Assembly: GCF_030028105.1 (NCBI RefSeq)
Contig: NC_092395.1
Location: forward strand, 43,056,459-43,120,458
Source of the DNA: Mobula birostris
Taxonomy: Eukaryota
DNA: 64,000 bases
Direction of reading: 5' to 3'
The notes below the pieces were generated by a model. It saw only the letters and a list, made by a program, of their open reading frames with translations, did no database searches and had not been told where the DNA came from. The translations under genes were made by a program, and so were the position numbers. Below are positions 50,384-60,812 of the stretch, piece by piece. Position 1 is the stretch's first letter; the number at the start of each line of letters is the position of its first letter.

Positions 50384-50746
50384 CTGAAACAAAGAGCTTG
50401 GTCCCTGGGCCGAACACGAACGGGTAGCTACCACCCGCGTAAAACCCCTTTCCGCAGTAATAGACGGCAGCGTCACTCATCCCCATGTTTTTTATGATTA
50501 ACTGGTAAACGGTGCCGGCGCTGTTGGATGACGACGTGAAACGGTCGCTGCTAAACCCAGGCCCGTAGGTCGGGGCGCTGTCCGAGTGACGGTAGTACAG
50601 GATCCATTGTGGAACTGTTCCCGGTGTCTGCTTGTACCAACCTACATAATAGCCATCCTTTGTTCCGACGTTACAACTCAGCGTGGCCGTGGCTCCTGGA
50701 CTCTCCGACACGGTCGGAGGCTGAGTCAGCGTCTGGGACTCTCCAG
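50384..50746 (-). CDS. IgL-sigma: Fused V-J exon, cluster 2, in frame
   Basis: GESQTLTQPPTVSESPGATATLSC..WYKQTPGTVPQWILYYRHSDSAPTYGPGFSSDRF..AVYYCGKGFYAGGSYPFVFGPGTKLFVS, with CAG acceptor and G|GTAAGT donor; no RSS. Leader+VJ+C = 732 nt, 243 aa. Confidence 0.96.
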
Positions 50747-50832
50747 CTGTGAAAAATCAGAAATTCAACTTTAGCCATTGACTCTTTAATGTGACCCCAA
50801 GACCCACCTCAGCAACCAGTGACAGTACTTAC

Positions 50833-50878
50833 AGCCCAGCCACACTGCCAGAGACCAGAAAAAGCACAGCGTCCGCAT
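50833..50878 (-). CDS. IgL-sigma: Leader exon, cluster 2 (MRTLCFFWSLAVWLG)
   Basis: ATG at 50878, T|GTAAGT donor, 86-bp intron. Confidence 0.93.
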
Positions 50879-50958
50879 CGTTGCTGCCCGTCAGCTTCCT
50901 GCCTCCTGTCTGTCGGTGGATCTGTGACTGATTGGCCGCCGCTGCCAATGGAGCCCAG

Positions 50959-51025
50959 TTATAGAGCCATTCACACCGGGGAGGAAATCGATGAAAATCA
51001 GGGTGACTGACACTGACCAACCAGA
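50959..51025 (-). promoter_or_regulatory. IgL promoter, cluster 2, with variant octamer (ATTTTCAT, 50991-50998)
   Basis: Collinear with the cluster-1 promoter. TATA-like CTATAA at 50959-50964 is intact; octamer, TGACTCA and CCAAT each have one substitution. Confidence 0.75.
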
Positions 51026-52549
51026 GCGGGGGTCGGAAACCCTCCCATATGCTGTCACGTACCAACATGTTGAGGCGGCGACATTTGTTAGCAACTGACT
51101 GATCTGTTAAAAACAATTTGCGAATGAAAAAGTGATTCATTAACATTTCCCAAACTATGCCTTCATTTCCCTGATTACTTCCTTCAGTTCACAGATGCCC
51201 CTCACACCTCCAGTGACAACAGGGCAGGACAGTGCAAGCTGTTGAAGGGTCTCGGCCGGAAACGTCGACTGTACTGTAGTCCATTGATGCTGCCTGGCCT
51301 GTTGGGTTCCTCCAGCATTTCGCGTGTGTTGCTTGGATTTCCAGCAACTGTAGATCTTATCTGGTTTGTGATAGAGCAGTGCAGGCTTCCTGTTCCCACA
51401 TCAGTCATTCAGTCATGGAGTACAAACCCACTTTGGCAGTTTGAGGGTTTGAATTCGTTCTATCTGTAGGGATTTAGATCAATGCGGAAAGTATTGACCA
51501 TGAATGTAAGAATTGAAAGGTTTATTCTTGTAAATGTTTTTTTTTCAGTATGAGTAACGTTTATTTTTATGTGAAATCTAACCTGTACGACGGCAATTTA
51601 GCGTTCTCCCGCTACTGGAGATGGACAGGCCGGACTGGGTGTGGAAGCCCCTCAATTATTGTAGCAGTGTATCACCGAGGGGGCCCCGTGAGCGGCAACA
51701 GCCCTATTAGCTTTAAGGAATGTAAAGGACAGTACTGAAAGCATTGGCCATGAATGTAAGAATGAAATGACATTACATTTAATTTTTGTAAGTACTTTTC
51801 ATTATGAATAAAGTTGACTTTGGTGTAAAATAACCTGCCTGACAGACTGCGCCGGGCCGGTATATCACAATTACGGAGAGAGTACCTGGAACCTGGACAA
51901 CCCCAAGTAGGGACCATTGGCGTTGCTCTGGTATTTGTCAAGGCTCGACAGAACTGGAACAAGAGGAACGAAGTAAATTGCCATCACAATGAAACTCTAA
52001 TTAGCTGGAACGTGCATATCTACGAGCACGATTGCCGAACCTGTTCCGCAGCCCGCCTTTGAGGACGCGCAGTCCCTGCGGCAGAGCCCGTGGTTGTGAC
52101 ATGTACTACAGAAATGCCACAGTCAGCACAGCCTCCCGGAATTTGCTGTCCTCTGTCCCCAGGCGACAGTAAGCGGGAGAGTCAGGACCAAACAGTGACC
52201 CAGAGGAGCTGACTGGCTCCATCCATTCTTTCGAATCGAATAAAAATCTCAGAACCGATAGTTTACGATACTCGGCTCCGAGGGACCTGCTGGAAATGCA
52301 CAATGCTATGCTTCTAACTGGCACTTGGCAGACTCCATGAAAACGGGTATTCACTTTTAATATAAAAAAAAGGGCAACCAGAGCTTTATAGCTGACCTGC
52401 TTGAAAATTCTACTTTCAAACTTTTCACGTTTAAACACAGATCAAAAGTGAAATACAGCAGAAACAATTCTGATGGTGTCCGCTGGAGAGAGAAACAGGG
52501 TTCCAATATCTGACTTTCATCAGAGGCAATGATATCTTTTTTTATATTT

Positions 52550-53312
52550 CGAAGGCCAGTTGAGTTTCAGCTATCAATCAGTCTGGTCAGTGTGGAGGAT
52601 CAGACGGATCTTGATGTCTGAGTCCATAGGGCACTCAAAGCTGCTGCGTAGGTTGACTCTGTGGTTAAGAAAGCATATGGTGTATTGGCCTTCATCAGTC
52701 GTGGGATTAAGTATAAGAGCTGAGAGGTAATGTTGCAGCTCTATAGGACCCTGGTCAGACCCCACTTGGAGTACTGTGCTCAGTTCTGGTCGCCTCACTA
52801 CAGGAAGGATGTGGAAACCAGAGAAGGGTGCAGTGGAGATATGCAAGGATGTTGCCTGGATCGGGCAGGATGCCTTATAAGAACAGGTTGAGTGAACTCG
52901 GCCTTCTTTCCTTGGAGCAATGGAGGATGAGAGGTGATGTGATAGAGGTATAAAGGGTGATGAGAAGCATTGATAGTGTGGATGGTCAGAGGCTTTTTCC
53001 CTGGGCTGAAATGGCTAGCATGAGTGAGCACAGTTTTAAGGTGCTTGGAAGTAGGTACAGAGGAGATGTCAAGGGTAAGTCTTTATGCAGTGAGTGCTGA
53101 GTGCATGGAATGGGATGCCAGCGATGATGGTGGAGGCGGATATGATAGGGTCTTTTAAGAGATGCCTTGACAGGTACATCGAGCTCAGAAAAGTAGAGCG
53201 CTATGGGTAACCCGAGATAATTTCTAAGGTAAGGACATGTTTGGCACAACTTTGTGGGCCGAAGGGCTTGTATTGTGCTGTAGGTTTTTTTATGTTTCTG
53301 TGGTTCTATGAA
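52550..53312 (+). mobile_element. CR1 LINE 3' end, specific to the cluster-2 flank
   Basis: TTGCAGCTCTATAGGACCCTGGTCAGACCCCACTTGGAG (LQLYRTLVRPHLE) and TTCTATG tail; it replaces about 115 bp present in cluster 1 (13585-13700). Confidence 0.9.
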
Positions 53313-54342
53313 TGAATTCACAACATTTTGCTGTATAGGCTGCTTTTTTGTGGCTCTTTTGAATGATTGCTTATTTTTCTTTCAGTCACATTGTGTAAAC
53401 TTTCGGAAATGAAAGCCACTTCCAAACATGTCTGCCAGCACTTTACAGGAGTGATGGCTTGTGAGCTTTTTACATTTCATTACTCATTGATAAATCTGGA
53501 AAGCCCCATGCAATTGGAGAAGAACAGATTTAGCCAGCTGTAAGGAAGCTTCTGAGTACAGTTTTGCATAAATCACCAGACCAAATAATTGAAGCCAGTG
53601 ACAACTCTTTTAAAAGATGAATAGATGAAATATCTGAGAATGTGGAAGACACAGTGGAAAACAGAATCTGTTCTCCTTCTTGTTTGTCTACTGCATAGAG
53701 CTTTTGTTGAAATGCAAACCCCATTCCTCTAGTTTTGAAATGACCTGGACCATCCTTTGATTCATCTGGGAATCCAAGATGGAGTGAATAAGACTGATCA
53801 CAATGCACAAGTCATTGGACAACTGAGGCAATAACATATGTAATGTCGTCCTCAACCTGATGAGAATATTCATTTGTGGTTGCTTTAGGCTCTCTGTGGA
53901 AGACTCTAAGTATGTGGGCACCAAGTACCATTATCAAAGTTTTCTCTATTCCTGGCATTGAGAAGGACAAGTATGGCACCTTTGTCACACAATGTCCCAG
54001 TCAGCTGGACACTCGCTGCAGCCACTTGTAAGGGCTTGGTGGTGAAAGACCACACCACAGTGGAGGGTTCTTCCGTGAAGGGAAAGAGAGAGACCAGGTT
54101 GGTGAAGAAGCTCCAGAATTGTTGCACTCAGTATACCACCCCAGGAAAGGGCAAAAGTGGGAACAGTGTTATTGGCTTTAAGGAATTTAACTGAACACTA
54201 CTTAACACCTTTTGAAAAAAATGACAAGGCATTGCATGGTTCATTTATCAGAATATTGTTATGAATATAGATGCTGCCTGGCCTGCTGAGTTCCTCCAGC
54301 AATTTGTGTGTGTTGCTGTCACAATATTGCATGTATCTATGC

Positions 54343-57300
54343 TGTTACGTACCCCGTAACTGGGTTGCCAAACCAGCAGAACTGGAACGCTTGTTGGAGT
54401 CTGGATTACTAGGGACTAATAAAATTTTATTAAAGAAATAAGTAATACAGTACATTAATCGTAAGGATATCAATGTAACAGGTTAGCAATGATAATACAC
54501 ACATATACACAGAACTAGGGTAATAGGAATCAACCAAGCTCTATCGCAGTGTAGGGGTAAAATGATCAGTCTTAAGTGAAGCAGAGTTCAGTTCAGTTTA
54601 GTGCAGTTCGCAGTAATCGCTGTTGTCGTACCGTTGGAGAGAGAGAGAGATGCACTTTGGTTTCAGGCAGACCTTTTGATGTCTTCGCTGTTGGTTTCGG
54701 GCAGACCTATTGATGTCTTCTAATCCCGCTGTGGTCACCGACTGTGACCCCTCCATTCCGGATATGATCTTTCTTCGCGGCGAACCCGGCACACAGGCAA
54801 GGGCGGACACACACCCCAGGTTCCCACTGATCGTACCTTTACACCCTGTGAGCCTCTAGTCGGTTCCCGCGAACTGGTCCTCCAAGCTCCCATCAACTTG
54901 TGGGGCCACACTGCTCTTTCCAGGGTCTCGTGGTGTGTGTCGTTCCTTAGTAATCCTGCTCCTTTTATCCCCCTGCTGGGTTATCACCTGTCCATCAAAC
55001 TTCAAAGAGTTCAGATTCAAAGCGACCGGTCTGTCAATATCTGAATTGTGTTTCTTTCCCGTTAATTCCTCTCTTCTCTCTTATTAGCATTTTGAATGTT
55101 TCTCCATTGTCTTTCTTATCTCTCTGATAAGCATCATCCGTTCGGTAGCTCTGCTGGGTGTCTCACATGACACCCCCACCCTTAAAAGGATTTTTACCAG
55201 GGTAAAAATTATGGGTATGAATGCACATTATTATATACACACTAATATACAGGTAGTCATCAGATATTTGGCTAATACAGCGAACTTTAAGTTTTAACAC
55301 CTTGACAGACCGTCAGCAATCACATTGTCCGTTCTTTTTATATGTTTTATCTTAATATCATATTCCTGTATGACCAGGCTCCAACTTAGTAAGCATTTGT
55401 TTTTATCCTTCATTGTGGCCAAAAACACTAATGGATTGTGATCAGTGTAATTATCAATGGTTTCCGTGCCACACAAATATAAACCTTAAAATGTTGTAAT
55501 GCTAGTATGATTGCCAGTAATTCCTTCTCCACAGTGGAATAATTTATCTGATGGACATTAAACTTCTTAGAAAAATAAGTTATTGGGTGTTCAGTTTCCT
55601 CTTTGTCTGTCTGCAACAGCACCGCCCCGGCTGCTTCATCGCTAGCATCTGTTGCTAGGGAGAAGGGTTTTGAAAAGTCAGGCGCATTCAATACAGGGTG
55701 GTGACACAGAATGTCCTTCAGACTCTCGAAGGCTTGTTGACAAAAGTCGTTCCACATATACTTCGCCTTCTTCGGCAAGAGCTTAGTAAGAGGGAGGGTA
55801 ATATCCACAAAGTTTTTGTAAAATTTCCCATAGTACCCCACCATTCCCAAAAACCTTCTCAGGGCTCTCTTGTCTGTCGGGCTGGGAACTTCAGAGATAG
55901 CCTGCACCTTAGCCTGCATCGGTGCCAGCTGCCCCTGTCGTGCCACATATCCCAGATAAGTGACCTTAGCGTGGCCGAACTCACTTTTTGCTAGGTTCAC
56001 TGTCAGGTTGGCTTCAGACAGCATTTAAACAGTTTCCCTACTGCCACAATGTGCTCCTCCCACGTGTCACGCCAGACCACTAAGTCATCGATATACGCTT
56101 CTGCGTTCTTTAACCCTTTTATCACTGAATTAATCATCCTTTGGAAGGTCCCTGGGGCATTTTTCATGCCAAAAGATAAAACATTATACTCGTATAACCT
56201 GAATGGAGTGACAAATGCTGAGATTTCTCCAGCCCGGTCGGTTAAAGGAACACACCAGTACCCTTTCAGCAAATCGACCTCTGTGATGTACTTAACTCTC
56301 CCCACTTTATCGATACAATCGTCTACCCTTGGGATGGGATAAGCATCAGTTTTTGTGATGGCGTTCACCTCTCTGTAATCTGTACAGAATCGTATGCTCC
56401 CATCGACTTTCATGACAACCACACAAGGAGCTGCCTATTTCGATTTGGATGGTCCAGTAATACCTGTGGCTAGCATGTGTTTAATTTCTTTTTCCACTAG
56501 CTTGCCCTTCTCCAAGTTCATCCTATAGGGGTGTTGCTTAATAGGCTGGTCTGATGTGACAACAACATCATGTACTGTCCCCTTGCATCGCCTCGGGACA
56601 TCCAGACATACATCTGCATGCCGGTTAGTTAGCTTTATCAGCGACTCACTCTGTTTGGGGTTTAAGTGAGAGACCTTATCAGCAAAGTTGACCAAAACAA
56701 TAGAGTTCTCCAATCTGGTCGGCACCATATTTATCTCTTCAAGATGGGTTTTCCCCTTAACATTTGGCACCCCAGCCTCATTAATTTTCGTGGTAACACC
56801 AACTAGATCTTCTTTCTGATTTTGGTAAGCTTTTAACATATTAATGTGTACTAATTGGGTTGGCTTACGCCAGTCCGGCGCTTCGATAACGTAATTCAAA
56901 GAGTCTATCTTTTTAATCACTTTGTACGGACCGTGGAATCTCACCTGGAGGGGGATGGTTACTACTGGAGGCAGAACTAAGACTCAATCACCCACTTGAA
57001 ACACTTGCTCGTGGGCACATCTATCATACCAATGTTTCATTTTAGTTTGGGTGTGTCGTAGATTTTCTTTGGCAAGGTCACAGATCCTTTTAAGCCTCTT
57101 GCGAAATTTTAAAGCATAGTCAATCACATTGACTTCTACTGTCAGACTGGACCATTGCTCTTTCAGTAAGGTCAGGGGTCCTCTGTGCCAATGACCGAAG
57201 ATGAGCTCGAATGGGCTGAACCCCAATGACTCCTGAACCGTGTCCCTTATGGCAAATAACAGAAGAGGCAACACATCATCCCACCTCTAGCTTTCTCTTG

Positions 57301-60300
57301 ACAATAAATTTTAATCATGGTCTTTAATGTTGTGTGGAAGCTTTCCAATGCTCCTTGGGACTCTGGGTGGTACGCTGAGACCAAAATCTGCTTTGCTCCC
57401 ATATCATCCAACATCCGTCAGAATGTGTGAGATGTGAAGACACTCCTCTGATCTGACTGGGTTTCCCTGGGCAGCCCCACCGTAGTGAAAAATTTCACAA
57501 GCGCCTTTACCACTGCGGGAGCCTTGACGCTTGCCAGGGGCGCAACCTCCGGAAACCTGGTGGCGGCAAACATCATAGTCATCACATACTCTCGCCCACT
57601 CACAGTTCTGGGCAGGGGACAGACAAAATCCACAATTATTCGGGAAAAGGTTCCCCGAAAGCGGGTATCGGTCGAAGGGGCACTTTAGGCAGGACCTGGT
57701 TCGGCTTTCCTACCACCTGACAGGAATGACACCATCTACAGTATTCAATAATATCCTTCCTCATGTTCAGCCAGTAAAACTCTTTCATAATCCTATCGAC
57801 TGTTTTCCTCACCCCAAAATGTCCTCCAAGGGGTATCTTGTGTGCCAGGTTAAAAATCTCGTCCCTGTAAATTTTTGGCACTACCACCTGGTGCACCACC
57901 CCCCACTCCTCATCTGCAGGCACGGTATTTGGTCTCCACTTCCTCATCAGTACTCGCTCCTTCACATAATAGCCCACTGGTTCCCTTTTTATTTCTGCTT
58001 CGGAGAGAGCTGTCTCCGTCAAAACCATCAGCTCCTCAGCTCATTCCTGTGCCTGTATAAATTCCTTCCTCACTAATGATAAATCTGCCTCAACTCCCTC
58101 ACTTCCTTCCGCTCCACCATGCTCCTTCTTCTCACTTTCTAACCCCTCCTGGTACAAGGCCGATAAAAACGTCTCAGCTAAATCTACGTTCGCTTCGGCG
58201 GCCTTTCTGGACATGTGCCGAGTCACTGCACAAATGGGATAAACCTATGAGTCCATGGGCGCTTGCTTGTCAGCTTTACCGCTGGGTACACATCTCCAAC
58301 TGCAAGGTCATTACCAAGTAAGACCTCCATGTCTTCCATCAGTAATTCGGGCCTCACCCCTATCGTGACCGGTCCAGAGACCAAGTGGCTTCTTAGGTGT
58401 ATCTGGTGCAAAGTTATTGATTCAGTCCCTTTCCCAAAGCCTTTTATCACACTGACCTCCCCAGACTCGGTCTCTGAACTAAAGGCTAACACCAACTTAA
58501 GATCAATGACTGACAAGCCCCAGTGTCTCTCCAGATCTGTACTGGAACTGGGTTTGACCCCTCCTTCACCGACACCAATCCAGCCAAAATAAACTTCTCG
58601 CGCCCTTCCTGAACTCTGTCAGACCTCTTCTCCCCTAGCGGTTTGTTTGCCGGCTCAATACAGCCAGTCGGAGTCATTGTCTTCCCTTTCCCTGTCTCCT
58701 TCTTTGGGGCAAAACACCTGGACACAATGTGACTGGCTTTCCCACAATTATCGCATACGACCCCAGGAGACTTCTGACCAAACTGCTTCCTGTCTTCCTT
58801 ATCCTTCTCACTAGTCCCTGACTTACTTTCTGGCTTTTCCGGAGGACTTTTTCCGCCCTCTCGACTACCCTTCTGGTAGCTTTTACTCGGGGTAAGCTTT
58901 GCTTTGTGTGTCAATGTGTACTCATTCGCTAACATAGCAGTTGCGGCTAAGGTTTCTGCCTCTTTCCCCTCATCTAGATAGGGCCTCATACCTTCAGGGA
59001 CACAATCTTTAAATTGGTCAATCAGTATTAACTGTAGCAGTCTGTCATAATTCCCAGTGACCCCTTTCAAGGCGCACCAACGCTCACAATACATCTGCAT
59101 CTCATGGGCAAACTCTAAATACGTGCAGCCCCACTGCTTCATCACATTCTGGAACCTTTGCCGGTATGCCTCCTGGACCAACTCGTAAATCCTGAATATA
59201 GCCTCTTTCACCACATCATACCTCTGGGCATCTTCTGCGAACAATGCCAAGTAAGCTTGCTGAGCATTCCCCTTAAGTACGCTCTGAAGCAAAATGGCCC
59301 ACTTATCCCTCGGCCAGTCCTGACTTGCAGCAACTTTTTCAAAATGTAGAAAGTATCCACCAACATCGGCTTCCTCAAATGGGGGAACCAAGCTAACCTC
59401 CTGGGTTGCCCTGAACCCTCCACCTTGGTTCGGCATTTGGCCCCTCTCTATTGTCATCCTTAACTTCTCCAGCTCAAACTCACTTTCCTTCTGCTTCTCT
59501 CTCTCTTCCCGTTCTGACTGCTTGTCTCTCTCTTCTCGTTCCAACTACTGTACTCTCTCTTCCTGTTCTAACTGCTTTATTCGGAACTCGTGCTCGAGTC
59601 TCAACTTTTCCATCTGCAGCTGCACTGCTTCTCCACCAGGTTTGCTCATAGACACCACCTCCAGCTCCCCGTGGGGAAACACATCTTTAGATACATGATG
59701 CTCAATGATAGCTTTGTGCATCTCCACTCTCCTCATTGTCAGCTTCCCTTTAAAAAGATTCAAATGTTTTGCAACTGTCGCCAATTCTGATTTCCTGGCA
59801 TCCTCTAATGCCTCCAAAGTTGGTGCCTTTAGGAATTCCTTAATCTCCATTTTTGCTGTTTGCCCTTTCTTTTGGGAATTTTAACCCAATCAATTTACCC
59901 AGTCCCAATTTTGGCGTTCAAAATCCCGGACGAGATCCCCACTTTTGTTACGTACCCCATAACTGGGTTGCCAAACCAGCAGAAATGGAATGCTCATTGG
60001 AGTCTGGATTACTAGGGACTAGTAAAGTTTTATTAAAGAAATAAGTAATACAGTACACTAATCGTAAGGATATAAATGTAAGAGGTCAGCAATGACAATA
60101 CACACATGTACACAGAACGAGGGCAATAGGAATTAACCAAGCTCTATCGTAGTCTACGGGTAAAATGATCAGTCTTAAGTGAAGCAGAGTTCAGTTCAGT
60201 TTAGTGCAGTTCGCAGCAATCGCTGTTGTCGTACCGTTGGAGAGAGAGAGAGAGATGCACTTTGGTTTCAGGCAGACCTTTTGATGTCTTCACAGTAGGT

Positions 60301-60812
60301 TTCAGGCAGACCTTTTGATGTCTTCGCGGTTGGTTTTGGGCAGACCTTTTGATGTCTTCTAATCCCGCTGTGGTCACCGACTGTGTCCCCTCCGTTCCGG
60401 ATATGATCATTCTTCTGCGGTGAACCCGGCACCCAGACAAGGGCGGACACACACCCCAGGTTCCCACCGATCATACCTTTACACCCTGTGAGGCTCTGGT
60501 CAGTTCCCACGAACTGGTCCTCCAAGCTATCACCAACTTGTGGGGGCACACTGCTCTCTCCAGGGTCTCGTGGTGTGTGTCGTGCCTTAGCAAACCTGCT
60601 CTTTTTATCCCCCTGCTGGGGTATCACCTGTTCATCAAACTTCAAACAGTTCAGGTTCAAAGCAACTGGTCTGTCAATATCTGAATTGTGTTTCTTGCCC
60701 CTTAATCCCTCTCTTCTCTCTTATTAGCATTTTGAATGTTTCTCCATTGTCTTTCTTATCTCTCTCATTAGCATCATCCATCCGGTAGCTCCGCTGGGCG
60801 TCACATATGACA
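54343..60812 (-). mobile_element. Complete Gmr1-type LTR retrotransposon (6470 bp; gag-PR-INT-RT-RNase H), coding region degenerate
   Basis: LTRs 54343-55172 and 59946-60812 (TG...CA); TSD ATGC at 54339-54342 and 60813-60816; tRNA-Pro PBS 59916-59941; PPT 55173-55185. ORFs on the - strand: gag 59850-58486, PR about 58500-58223, INT 58028-56984, RT 56422-56003 (AYIDD), RNase H to 55294. Confidence 0.96.
59916..59941 (-). promoter_or_regulatory. Primer-binding site complementary to the tRNA-Pro 3' end
   Basis: + strand GTTCAAAATCCCGGACGAGATCCCCA versus tRNA-Pro GTTCAAATCCCGGACGAGCCCCCA, 4 nt from the 5' LTR. Confidence 0.85.

Noticed and set aside
50384-50746. Assignment to lambda (type II) or sigma-cart (type I), the isotypes usually found pre-joined
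   Set aside because: From memory, the FR2/CDR2 and C motifs fit sigma/L2 better. This is not formally excluded without a tree.
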